Below are positions 40,298 through 53,021 of a stretch of 64,000 bases of DNA, piece by piece; position 1 is the first letter of the stretch, and each line of letters opens with the position of its first letter. Both the position numbers and the translations under genes were made by a program. The stretch is from Octopus vulgaris (lineage: Eukaryota). The stretch covers positions 116,746,001 to 116,810,000 of the forward strand of contig OX597815.1 of the NCBI GenBank assembly GCA_951406725.2, in the 5' to 3' direction. A model generated the notes under the pieces. The model was not told the DNA's origin and made no database searches. It saw only the letters and a list, made by a program, of their open reading frames with translations.

Positions 40298-43132
40298 GTG
40301 CTACCAATAAGGAAGGGACAACTGGCACCAACGACTTAAGTGATTTAAGTGAGAAAGATCAGAAGATTCTAGATGAGTTGTAGGAAGTAATGAGTAGAGA
40401 AGTAAGAAATGCCAGCATTAAAAGACACTGACAGAAGGAAGCTGCTTGAAAGGACTAGGAAAGTAGATTCTGTAATCAGTAGGATAGATACTAGATGTAT
40501 AGAAGACACTAACTTATTGATCTATGCAGGAGGGGTAGTAGTCAATTAGATATCTCAAAAGGAAAGATTAGAAAAGAGCAAATGTGGAAAAGGAGACTGC
40601 AAAATAAAGTGAAGACTTTAAGATAAGATCTGAGTAGAATAGAAGCCTGGAAACTGAACAAGTTAGGAAAAACAAGATGCAAATTTTCCTTTGAGAAAAG
40701 ATACTTAGTCAAAGATAAAGGATTTGAGACAGTAATACAAGAGTTGAAACAGTGTATCATAGCAGTAGCTGGCAAGCTCTCTAGATATCAGAAAAGAATA
40801 GATCAGAATCAACAGAATAGATTATTTGAGACAGACCAGAGGAGATTTTATAACCAAATAAATAGGGGAGAACAAAGTACTGAAGATGAGAGGCCTAATG
40901 CAAAAGAAGCTAGAAAGTTCTGGAGTAATATTTTGGATAGGCCAGTCAATCCTAATGGAGGTGCAGTATGGTTAAAGCAAGTGGGAGGAGAAATAGTGAG
41001 TGAGAAGTAGCCAGATCTAAGACTAACTAGTGCATTAATGAGTAAAGTGTTAGGAAAAATGTCGAATTAGAAGGGCCCAGGACCAGATTTAGTTTAAGGG
41101 TACTGGCTAAAGAAATTTAGTGGTTTACATGGGAAGCTGAGGGAACAACTTCAGGATTGTCATAATGGAGGAATAATACCAGATTGGATGACTAAAGGGA
41201 GGACAATACTCATTATGAAAGAGCAAGGGTAATACAGCTAGCAACTATAGACCAATCACTTGTTTGCCATTAGTAGGGAAGCTGTTTACAGGAATGCTTT
41301 CAGAAAGCATTTACAAGCATGTTGTCAAACAGAATTTACTGCCAGAAAAACAAAATGTCACAGGAAGAAGGTTAGAGGAACGCATGATCTGTTATACAGA
41401 GACAAAGGAGTTCTAAATGAAGTAAAAGCTAGAAAAAAATCTAACAATAACATGGATAGATTATAGGAAAGCCTATGACATGATCCCACACTCATGGATA
41501 AGTGAATGTTTGAGTAAATCCAGTGTAGCAGACAACATAAGAGAATTAATTAGCTTTAACATGAAGAAATAGAAAGTAGATCTCTACTCAGGTGACACAT
41601 TTTTAGGGAGAGTTAATATCAAAAGAGGAATTTTCAAGGGGGACTCGTTGTCCCCTTTAATATTTGTTTTATGTTTGATCCCCACTCAGTTTAGCATTAA
41701 GGAAGGTAAAGGCAGGGTATCAGTTCAGAAATAGTAAGGGAAAAATTAACCATTTGCTCTACATGGATGATCTGAAACTTTTTAATAAGAATGAAGAAGA
41801 GATATATTCCTTAATACAAACTATGAGACTCTTCAGCACAAGATACAGGCATGGAAATTGGCATAGACAACTGTGCACTATTAGACATGAGAAAGGGACT
41901 GGCAGTCAACAGTGGAGGCATCCAATTACCAGATGGCCATAGAAAGGAGGAAAGAATTATAAGTATACTCCTGAAGTATTAAAATCTGACAGAGTACTAA
42001 CTACAGAAATGAAAACTAAAATTGAGGGGAGTATATTAGAAGTGTGTGGAAGCTAATGAAGTCAAAGCTAAATGGTCTGAATCTAGTGAAGGCTGTAAAT
42101 ACTTGGGCAGTATCATTACTTAGATACTCAGTAGCTTTTGTAGACTGGACAAAAACTGAATTAGCAAAGTTAGACAGAAGGACTAGGAAAGAGTTCAATA
42201 TGAATGGAGGACTCCACCCAAGGGCAGGAGTTGCAAGATAATACTTACCAAGAAAGGAAGGTGGAAGAGGGTTAATATCAGTAGAAAACTGCGTAAAGTT
42301 AGCTAGAGTAGATATAGATTCTTGTGTAGGTAATAGTGAAGAAAATTTATTAAAAACTGCTAGAATCACAGCAAGACATAGGGAAACCAAAAACCCAAAC
42401 AAAGTTAAAAACCAGAAAAAACAACAAAAATTTTCTGACTGGCAGGGAACGGTGTTGTATGGTAGATTCCTAAAGACAGTTGCAGAAAATAGAAATAGTG
42501 AGACGTGGCTATGGTTGCAGAAAGGAAAGCTGAAAAGGGAGGCAGAAAGTTTGTTAGTAGCTGCACAAGATCAAGCATTAAGGACTAATTGAATAAAAGC
42601 CAAGGTAGACAAAAACCAAGTAGATTCTCAACATAAGTTATGAAAATCAAAAGAGGAAAATGTTACTCATATAGTAAGTGAATGTAGCATGCTGACACAG
42701 AAACAATACATGAAAAGACATCACCGCCTAAGGAAAGTACTCCACTGGGAATTATGTAGAAAGCTAGGATTTGAACATATTAATAAATGGTATGAACATG
42801 AACCTAGTAAAGTACTATAAAGTAAGAAATACAACACGTTGTCGGACTATAACATTCAGACTGACTGAGTAATAGAAGCTAGAAGGCCTGATTTAGTAGT
42901 GGTAGATAAAGAGATAGAAAGTGCCAGATAATTGACTTTGCAGTCCCCAAATGAGGAAAACAAATCAATATGAGAGGTATAGAAAAAATAGCTAAGTACC
43001 AGGACCTAGCCATAAAATTACAGAGACTATGGAAAGTGCAGATAAAATGTATCCCAGTAGTTATAGGTGCATTGGGAACTATCCCTAAAGATCTGAAGAG
43101 ATGGATAGTAGAAATAGGCATAAAATCCATAT
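40298..43132 (+). mobile_element. Decayed non-LTR retrotransposon with RT and C-terminal restriction-like endonuclease (R4/Dong-like)
   Basis: Fragments NYRPITCL, GIFKGDSLSPL, LLYMDDLKL, KAVNTWAVS, zinc-knuckle remnant (ENVTHIVSEC...RH), RPDLVV...IIDFAVP, KIAKYQDLA, PVVIGALG; many stops and frameshifts. Confidence 0.85.
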
Positions 43133-43171
43133 ATGAAAATAATAATAATAGTAATGATAATAATAATAATG

Positions 43172-43220
<49 letters not shown>

Positions 43221-43222
<2 letters not shown>

Positions 43223-43780
43223 GCCCTGATGCAATACCAGGCGATAGCTCTCATGGCTTCTGATCTTAACTGGTTGGAAGTGTTATCATGTACATGTTTT
43301 GTCTTGGCAGAAAAGATGGGCTACACCAAAAATTCTGCTTAGTACCACAAATTTACTTGTCAGTTGCTTGACTTTAACCAGTTAAGCATGTTCCTTAGTG
43401 GTTGACAATATGTGCTTCTCTGATCATGGGCAGAAGTAGTGGGGAAGCATCATATCCATGTACTGAGTGGAATTCTTTGGGGTTTGAATAATTCACCTCT
43501 GGAATCACGAGTGTTTTGTTCATAACCCTTAAACAACCCTTATTCAAGCACTTTTTGAGCAGGATGGACTACTTGACATGAAGAAAATTCTAACTGGGCC
43601 CCACCTGCAAGGTCATGTGTTGTTTATTTTGATCTAAGATCACCATGTCGCACACATATAGTTGTGATGCATGTGCCTGGTGTACTCTTATCAGATGGGT
43701 AGTCATGATGGGTATATTGGGCTTCGTATATTTGTAACTCAGTGTCACTTTGATGGCATCAATTGCTCTCTCACTCAATA
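43221..43780. repeat. Dispersed repeat adjoining (AAT)n/(ATG)n arrays
   Basis: Reverse-complement copy at about 48020-48420, also adjoining an (ATT/CAT)n array. Confidence 0.75.
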
Positions 43781-44279
43781 ATAATGATGATACTAATAAT
43801 GATGATGATGATGATAATGATGATGGACTCTCTCATCATTTTTTTCCAACACAAAGAAGTTTCCAGAATTTACAAATATATGTTTTGCTGTCACACACTT
43901 CTAAAGAATACATCATTTAGCCAACTTTTTTTTCTTTATAAATTATAATTATTTTACAGCACACATTTCATATTCTTAGTTTTACCATAAAAATTAAGAT
44001 TTAACAATGTAACATTCAAATGATCTTAACTTCAAAACAATTTCTTTAAAATATTCGCAATGTTCAAAAACTTCAAAATAATAGGAATATATATTTTTAC
44101 AAGACAGTTATCATTTCTAAAATAAATTACTATAAGAAAGTATAGGTGAAACTCTAATGCATTTTGTAATTTATCTTTCAGAAACATTATGTCTACATTG
44201 AAATAAAAAATAAACTTCCTCAAATGCTAATTTGAATTATTGTATTATTTAATGAATATTTTTATCTTTTTTTTTCCAG

Positions 44280-44555
44280 CTCCTCCAGTTTTTACTTCAC
44301 ACGTACCAGAAAATTATACTTCTATTCGGGGGTCTGAACTTGTTTTATCATGCCAAACAGAAGGTACACCTAAACCAATCAACATTTGGTATAAAGATGA
44401 TAGACAAATTTCTCCAACAGATACTCATTATTACATCACTGGGAATGGTAATCTTCATCTGTACAATGTTAATATTAAAGACACTGCTACTTACAAATGT
44501 ACAGCTTCCAATAATGCTGGCTACATTGAGAGACATTACAATGTTTTTGTCCAAA
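44280..44555 (+). CDS. HMCN1: Hemicentin exon: Ig7
   Basis: ttccag| acceptor; PPVF...LSCQTEGTPKPINIWYKD...DTATYKCTASNNAG; A|gtaagt donor. Confidence 0.93.
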
Positions 44556-45275
44556 GTAAGTTGGTAAAGTTTACAATTTTTTTGTTTCCATATGCAATTA
44601 ATTTACAATCAAATATGAAAAAAATGTCATCAAGAGCTATTATTTGTTTAACTTTTTTTATGCTAACGTACCTGAGATCATTCCTGGCTCTATGATATAA
44701 AATTTTGTTTTTAAATGATCTAAATTAAAACACATCATCAAAATTGCATCTTAATTTATGTCCAAACAGTAAGGCAGTGAGCTGGCAGAATTGTTAGCAT
44801 GCTGGGCAAAATCCTGAGTGGAATTTTGTCCATCTTTACATTGTTCAAATACTGCTGAGATTGACTTTACCTTTCATACTTTTGGGGGTTGATAAAATAA
44901 GTACCAGTTATACATCAGGATCCTTGTAATCAACTTATGCTTATTTCCACCAAAAGTTTTGGCCTTATGCCAAAATTTGAAACCAATTTATGTCCAAACT
45001 ATCTTAATTATGACGAAATTTACTAAAATCTTCATTATTCTCGAAATGAATTGAAATAAGTTAATAAGGATTTTGGAAATTGGTATGGAATGTTGGACTG
45101 CCTTTTTCAAGCCACTGTCATTGTTAGATAGCAATATTTGAAACTGTGGGCATCTCTTGTGATATGGAAACATTGTATTTTGGAAAATTTTGCTGTAACA
45201 TAATTTCATGTTATGGCAAGATTTTGGGGAATGCAATGCTTCCATAACTTCCGTAACATGTAGGATGTCTTTATA

Positions 45276-45350
<75 letters not shown>

Positions 45351-45564
45351 TATGCGAGGTAATGGTGTCATTGAGACCCAAAGGTATCAGGTAATGCTGA
45401 ATAAGTGCTATAGATGGACCACAGTTAAGTTCCAGATTTAGTGATTATGCGAATAAGGGGTTCAACGTTGGTCATATGTCACCATGTGTATATAAAAATT
45501 TTATTTCGTAATGAGATAAAAAAAACCAAGGGTGTGTAGATTTTAGAACATTTATAGATGGAAG

Positions 45565-45611
45565 GTCTTACAGCTGTTTCCAGGATATTTATTATATCCC
45601 TTCATCAGAGC
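45565..45611 (-). ncRNA. Penelope-type minimal hammerhead ribozyme-like motif (canonical core, stem I damaged)
   Basis: Minus strand: CT-CTGATGA-AGGGATAT aataa ATATCCTG-GAAA-CAGCTG-TA-AGAC. Confidence 0.6.
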
Positions 45612-45665
45612 TCTCTATTTTATATCTTATCTACATTAACTATTTCTTAACCATCCTCTCACACT

Positions 45666-45713
45666 GTCTCCGAAGAAGGGATATAATAAATATCCTGGAA
45701 AGAGCTCTAAGAC
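45666..45713 (+). ncRNA. Penelope-type minimal hammerhead ribozyme-like motif (core variant)
   Basis: GTCT-CCGAAGA-AGGGATAT aataa ATATCCTG-GAAA-GAGCTC-TA-AGAC. Confidence 0.55.
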
Positions 45714-46959
45714 TTTCTATCTATAAATGTTCTAAAATCTACGCAGCCTTGGTTTTTTATCTCATTACAAAATAAGATTTATATATATATTTATATACAT
45801 ATAAGACCAAGAAAGAGAGGACAAATTTCAGAAGTCAGTGTTCTTAATCACTCAATATATTTCACAGCAGCAGAATACTTCACAGCAAACATAGGTGCAC
45901 TCATATATATATATATATATGATATAATATAAAAATATATAAATATATAAATATATAAACACATATAATTCATAAATGTACTTGCATAAGATCTTATGAG
46001 GTTGTATATCTGTATTAGAAATCAATGAAGACATTAAAGGATGCACATTGTAAATGTAAAGTGGTAATCCAAATAGATGAAATAGTGGTATAAGATGATT
46101 TTAAGCAAATACAACGTCTGATGGCCATTTTGAGAATATGTAGGTTGAGATGGGCGAATTATTTCCAACCATAATAATCATCCATAACATTCCAACTGTA
46201 ACAATACATTTTGCTCATCAGAGGTAATTTAAGAGGATTTACAAAAGAGTTTTTTTAAGAATTTTAAAAATTTGAATGCTGTATTGTGAATAGGTGAACG
46301 ATATATAATACAAACTGAGTTTTTTATACACATGCTTTCCATAATACATGCTTTCCGTATACGTACAGAGAGCGTGTGTATAAAAATTATAGAATTATTT
46401 TGTATGTTAATTGTTTAAATTATTTTCCATTGCTTTAGTTTTTTTACACCCATAACAATTAAATTAATTTAACAATTAAGAAAAAAAAAATTTAGAATTA
46501 GAGTTAGGGGGAGGGTGAGGGTTAGTTACAGGATGTTGTCTCAGTTTTTAGACGCAGCAAATGATTTCAGCTCAAATAGAGGCGATTCATTGGTTAAAAT
46601 TCGAAAAATTAAACTACGTTAAACAAACGAATTACAAATCTATTGAGAAAGCCAAGTGAAAATAATGTTTTCTTTTGACACATTCTACCAGTATACGAAG
46701 TTTTAAAGTGTTTAGTTAACTAGAAATTGTGTTGAAATCTGGCCTTCAAAAGGAAAAGATCCGAAATTTGAATTTGAAATCAAAGAATTATAAAGTAAAA
46801 AGATGCATAAAATTTTTTTATAATTATGAAGTTCAGAAAATTCTAGTCACTGGTGATGAAATTATCATTCATTCATAATGTGTCCAATATGACTGATGAA
46901 AACAGAATTATTATTTTCATTAATTTTAATTATGCAATATTTAATTTCTATGTTACTAG

Positions 46960-47232
46960 TGTTACCAGAAATAGTTGATGGCACTGAAGAAGAGTTAACA
47001 GTTTTGGTCAACAATCCAGTTTTTCTGCGCTGTAAAGCAAAAGGCATTCCAAAACCAGAAATTACATGGAAAAAAAATTTCCAAGAGTTCTCAGAAAAAT
47101 CAGATGATTATGAAATAAATTCCGAAGGTCTTCAAATATTTCGTGCCAAGTTAACAGATCAAGCTATTTATGAATGTATTGCAAGGAATACTGCTGGAAG
47201 CATGTCAAAAATGACCATAGTAATTGTGCTAG
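46960..47232 (+). CDS. HMCN1: Hemicentin exon: Ig8
   Basis: actag| acceptor; LPEIVDG...LRCKAKGIPKPEITW...DQAIYECIARNTAG; G|gtatgt donor. Confidence 0.9.
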
Positions 47233-49035
47233 GTATGTGTTCCCTTTCCTATTTCAACTAACTAATATTAATGTTATTATTTAAATGTAAATAAAATGAT
47301 ACCACCATCATTGTCATCATCATCATCATCATCATCATCATTTATGTCTGTTTTCCATGCTGGCATTAGACAAGAACTTGTAAGCCGGAGAGCTGCAGCA
47401 GGCCCCAGTCTGTTTTGGCTTGGTTTCTATGGCTGGATGCCCTTCCTAATGCCAACCACTCCACAAAGTGTACCAGGTGCTTTTTACATGTCACCAGCAC
47501 AGAATTTTGTCAGTGAATAGGTCACAGTTTCAAAGCAACAAAAATATTTTGACAAATTAAATTTAAATGTTGAAGTGAATCTAATAGATTTTGTGTGTTT
47601 TTAAATGGTTTATAAACACCTTCCTGCTGCAATTGTTTTTGTATCAGCACACAATCTCAGATCAGGTCACTTGCTATGCAAGTACATCTCCATAAAAATG
47701 TAAGCATCTGTAAATTGTATGCTGGTGCCATGAGAAATGTTTCTATATTGTGACACTTACAGAATATTGAAAGAAGTGTAAAACCAATAATTATATAATC
47801 CAACCAAAATATCTCAGTTACACAAATGTAAACAGAATTACTATTTAGCCTTAAAATACATCATACATATTCAAAAACCTTCTTGGTTTAGTGGTACGAA
47901 CATACACACACATAAATATATATATATATTAATGTCACTCTCTCTCCCTCACTCCTCCTCCCTTGCTCATGCTGCTCCCACATGACCATTGACCATCTTT
48001 CTTTCTTTCTCTCCATTGTACATGACTTTGCAGGTGGAGCCCAGTTAGAATTTTATTCAGGTTGAATAACCCATCCTGCTCAAAAGGTCCCTGAATAAGG
48101 GTTGTTAAAGGATGTTGAACGAAACACCCATGTTTCCAGAGGTGAATTATTCAAACCCCAAAGAATTCCTCTCAACACATGGCTATGATGCTCCCCTACT
48201 ACTTCTGCTCGTGATCAGAGATGCACATATCGTCAGCCACTAAGGGACATGCTCAACTGGTTAAGGTCAAACAACTGACAAGCAAATCTGTGGTATTGAG
48301 CAGAATATTTGCTGTTGCCCATCTTTTATACCAAGACAAAACAATGTACATGATAACACTTCCAATCAGTTAAGATCAGAAGCCATGAGAGCCACTGTCT
48401 GGTACTGCATCAGGACATTTATTAATATCATTATTATTATTATTATCATCATCATCATCATCGTCATCATCATCATCATCATCATCATTATTATTATTAT
48501 TACTATTATTAAGAAGGTGGCTAGCTAACAGAATCATTAGCATGCCAGGCAAAATGATGAATGAGCAACAGCACAGAGGTTTCCTCATTAGCTCATCAAT
48601 GTTACAACCAATCTTTTGCCTAATTTAAAGGAATCAATTAAATCAACCATCCTCTGTTCCTTGAAAAATGAAGAATGAAATAAAGGCAACTGGAACCTGT
48701 TGATGGTGTTACTGTTGTTGATCAACCGAAAGTTAGCTCTAAATGAGCAGACCTGTAATGAAAGACATTCCATCCATGACCATCCTCTTCTTTTAGAAGT
48801 TATCTAGGACTACATTATTTGATATGTTCTTTCCTGGTGGTAGGAAGTGATTTAAAGGAGATTTTGTTGATATTTTTAGCAGGTCAAGCAGCTACACAGA
48901 GGTGCTTTCATTGGCAATGTTGAGCTGAGATTTTTAAATTGTCTTCATTTGGATTTCTTGTGTTCTTATCTAATAACAAATTCTTACTCAAATTTCTATT
49001 GAATAATAACATTTTTCCCAATTAATTCTTTTCAG

Positions 49036-49314
49036 AACCACCACGAGTCCTCAGACCTGATGTTGAGAAATTAAGTACAGTTTTAGGTGAAAGAGTGGAG
49101 CTTAGGTGTGAAGTTATAGGTGCACCTCTTCCTGAAGTGGAATGGAGGAAAGATGGTCAGTTAAAGAGTACATATGACAAAACACATATGGCAATATCAC
49201 CAAATAATACTCTAAAAATCCATTCAGTTCGACTAGAAGATGCTGGCACATATACATGCACTGCTGAAAACCCCGCAGGAAGGGCTTCAAAACGTTTTAT
49301 CTTGGATATATTCA
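49036..49314 (+). CDS. HMCN1: Hemicentin exon: Ig9
   Basis: ttcag| acceptor; EPPRVLRP...LRCEVIGAPLPEVEWRKDG...DAGTYTCTAENPAG; A|gtaagt donor. Confidence 0.93.
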
Positions 49315-49780
49315 GTAAGTTATTTGTTCAATTATTGTATTTACACACACACACACACACAATATTGTTATTATCATTGATGTAATCATTGTAGTTGAGG
49401 CATAATGCATCAGAAGAGAAGAAGCAGCATCCACCAAAAAGCAGAGCTAATGAAATAAAATATACCAAACACACTCTGAGAAGTAGTTGCTCGAAAAGTT
49501 TTAGTGTTGAGGAACAAAGGAATGTAGATTTTTTTTATATTTATAGACTAATTTTCAGGTTATAGAAAATCCATTAAGTAGAAAGTATACTGAAAAGTGG
49601 TTATGTATTAAAAAATATCTTTATATTGCAAATTGTATATTGGTGCCATCATGGCTGTGTGGTATGATGTTTGTTTCCCAGCCACATAGTCTGGGTTCAG
49701 TCCCACTGTGTGGAAACTTGGGTGTCTTCTACTACAGCCTTGGGCCAACCAAAATGGATTTGATAGACAGAAACTGAAAG

Positions 49781-50010
49781 GCAGCAAGCTGGCAGAAATG
49801 TTAGCACGCCGGGCAAAATGCTTAGCGGTATTTCGTCTGCCATTACGTTCTGAGTTCAAATTCTGCCAAGGTCACCTTAGCCTTTCATCCTCTCGGGGTC
49901 GGTTAAATAAGTACCAGTTACACACTGGGGTCGATGTAATCAACTTAATCCCTTTGTCTGTCCTTGTTTGTCCCCTCTATGTTTAGCCCCTTGTGGGCAG
50001 TAAAGAAATA
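49781..50010 (+). mobile_element. SINE family B (Nin/Deu-domain-like core) nested in a family A copy, with a 12-bp TSD
   Basis: B-box GAGTTCAAATTC; core GCCTTTCATCC...GGGGTCG...AAGTACCAG resembles the Nin/Deu domain as recalled; AGAAACTGAAAG at 49769-49780 and 50011-50022; further copies at about 13410, 23345(-), 27480, 36645(-), 39880, 44771, 51400, 55987. Confidence 0.8.
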
Positions 50011-51728
50011 AGAAACTGAAAGAAGCCTGTTGTATATATATATATATATATAATCATAAGGTATTGGGTTCAATTCCCAGTGACACATTGTGTCCATGAG
50101 CAAGACACTTTTTATTTCACATTGCTCCAGTTCACTCAGCTGGCAAAATGAGGTCCACTTGTGACATTCTGCATCATGCTGGATCTCTCTGAGAACTACA
50201 TTAAGGGTACACATGTCTGTGGAGTTCTCAGCCACTTGCACATTAATTTCACGAGTTCCATTAATTGGATCAACAGGAACCCTCATCAACATAACTGACA
50301 GAGTGTACTGCACTTACAAATACAATATCAAAAAGCAAGCTCTCACCTTTAGATTTAAGTATTGAGTTCTCCCAACTTTTTAAGTAGTGAGTTCTAAGTA
50401 TTGAGTTTTAAGTATTAAGATTTAAATATTGAGTTCTTCAAGTATTGAGCTCTCACAACTTTTGTTTGCTGAGAATTTTCCAATCAAAGCATGTACTTAT
50501 ATCAAGAAATTAAGTTTCTTTTGTAATTAAACTTTCTGTGATTAAACAAATTTTGTAAAAAGCTTTTGCTCTGTTGTAATCAACATAATCACCACTTAAC
50601 ATCCATTTTCTATGCTGGTATGGATTGGCTGGTTTGACATGATCCAACCAGCCAAAAATTTTAGCTTTGGCATGGTTTCCTTCCTTAACCAACCACTTTA
50701 CTGAGTGTACTGGGTGCTTTTTTTTTGTGCTGCTGGCACTAGTGAGATTGCCAAGTAACCTGCAAAATAAAGAAAGACAATAACAAAATGAAGGAGAAAG
50801 GGGAAAGGAAAAAGAAGAAAATGCCTTCTCAACTAAATGGGGGTGGGGGAGGTGTTAGTATTTGAGAGGGGGAGGAGGAGGTGAAAGTTCTATGCTGGGT
50901 GTTGAAAGGCTAGAGTGTGATGGAAGAATAAGCCCAGATGTCTTGCAATTGAGATACAAGGCTACTCCATATTATATAAGGGTGAATGGGGGTAGCTGGA
51001 AAGATGACAGATGTGGTAATGGAATGCTGGAGCATCTCAAAATACAAGGTGTGTGTAAGAGAGGATGCAGGCAGTGGATTGCAGAGGATGGGGGTGACAG
51101 AAGGGTTAAGTTTCATTAGAGTGAGATGTGAGATGGTTAAAGATGGGGGGGGGGGGATAGAGGGGAATGTAATGAGTGATGGTGAGAGATGTAAGAGTGT
51201 CTCGGTGGGGGTGGCTATAGTAAGCAGAGCATGATGATAGATATGAGAAGACATTGGGAGTGACATCAGATAAGAAAGGTGCGTTAAAAATGGAGTCTCA
51301 CTATAATTACAGAATTTATCATACAGCAATAGTTTCCTAATTACTTCATTAACAAGCAAATTTTCATATTCTCAAAAGAAAAGAAAAGAAAGACAAAATG
51401 GCAGAATTGCTAGTGTATTGGGCAGCATTTCATTCAGCCTTACATCCAGAGTTCAAATTCCACTGAGGTTGACTTTACCTTTCATCCTTTTAAGGTCAAT
51501 AAACTAAGTACCAGGTGAACACTGGGGTCGATGTAATTGATTTAGCCCCTCCCCCAAACTTACTGACATTGTGCAAAAATTTGAAAACTTTCTTCTCAAA
51601 AAAATAAAGAAAAAATAATAATAATAGTTGAAAACATCATTGACAAGGATGATAACAATTAAGAAAATAAATGCAACATCTTGAGTATAACGTTATTATA
51701 ACATATGAAATTTTTTATTTTATTTTAG

Positions 51729-52004
51729 CTCCACCAAAATTGCCTAAGAATCTTCCAGAATCCAATGAAGCTATTTTTGGAAGTCCTATCCTTTTGCCCT
51801 GCCCTGCTTCAGGCAAACCTAAGCCTGCTATTACTTGGTTTAAGAATGGTGCAAAAATAGACCCAAGAGAGGCAGGAGTTGATATTCTGGATGATGGTTC
51901 ATTGGAATTTGTAAGTGCTGAAACTAAACATAATGGTGTTTATAAATGTATTGCATCAAATACTGCAGGAGATGACTCTTATCATACTTCAATAAGAGTA
52001 TTAT
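51729..52004 (+). CDS. HMCN1: Hemicentin exon: Ig10
   Basis: tttag| acceptor; PPKLP...LPCPASGKPKPAITWFKNG...HNGVYKCIASNTAG; T|gtaagt donor. Confidence 0.93.
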
Positions 52005-52299
52005 GTAAGTATTTTCATTTGATTTGCCAGTACTTGGGAGTATGTATGTATAGATGCCTAATTGCAAATAAACATAGTCTTTCAAAATATGTAGCCACTA
52101 GGGTATATTGCTTATATCTTTCGTTTTCTGGGGTAATATATGTAGAGATCTGATTCAGAGTAGATTTACTAATATCTTAACATAGATGAGACCACTTGCC
52201 TACTCTGAGGATAAGGTTCACCAGTGAAATATGGAACCCTCATCCTTTAGGATGCCCATTAGATTTCTGAGACTTATTTTAGGGAAACCTGGAATGTCC

Positions 52300-52343
<44 letters not shown>

Positions 52344-52712
52344 TTATCTATCTATCTATTTCTTTCTTTCTTTCTTTCTTCCCCTCTTTCATTTTTCCTT
52401 TCTTTTTTCTCTCCTTCCTTCTTTCTTCCTCTCTTTCTTTTTCTCCCTCCTCTTTCCTTCCTTCCTTCTTCCTTTTTCCTTCTTTTCTCTCTTTTTTCTC
52501 TCTTTCTCTCTTTTTTCCTCTCTTTCTCTCCTTCCCTCCTTTCTTTTTTTCTTTCTTTCTATGAAATGTATTATGTGTTTCCATTACATTTTTCTTTAAA
52601 TTTATAATTCATCTACCACTTCCATATTTCATCGTTCTAAACTTTATGAAATATTTCTATTTAGTACTAACACCTCAAATAGATTCATAATGTTTATTTA
52701 TATATTTTACAG

Positions 52713-53021
52713 TACCACCAACTTTAGACAGTATGGCATTTGAAGGATCTGGTGATATAAACGAAGATAATCCAAAGGTGATAATCAATAATAACATCAC
52801 TTTACAATGCCCAGTTAATGCAGATCCTCCACCTTTGATCTCATGGCTAAAAAATGGAGAAAATATGCCTTCAGAAGATATTGGAAGAAGAATTTACTTA
52901 TCTAACGATAAAGAGCAACTAACGATTACATTTGCGAAACTTAATGACAGTGCCAGATACAAATGTTTAGCAGTGAATATAGCAGGAGAGCTTGAAAAGT
53001 TATATGACCTTGAAGTTCATG
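52713..53021 (+). CDS. HMCN1: Hemicentin exon: Ig11, with an extended N-terminal loop
   Basis: tacag| acceptor; PPTLDSMAFEGSGDINEDNPKV...LQCPVNADPPPLISWLKNG...DSARYKCLAVNIAG; G|gtaaaa donor. Confidence 0.92.

Noticed and set aside
46495-46530. Telomere-like TTAGGG variants
   Set aside because: Only a few degenerate units inside a probable dispersed repeat
50862-51359. Purine-rich ORFs (also about 14860-15400 and 63160-63560)
   Set aside because: No recognisable domain or splice context; probably decayed retroelement sequence that I cannot classify
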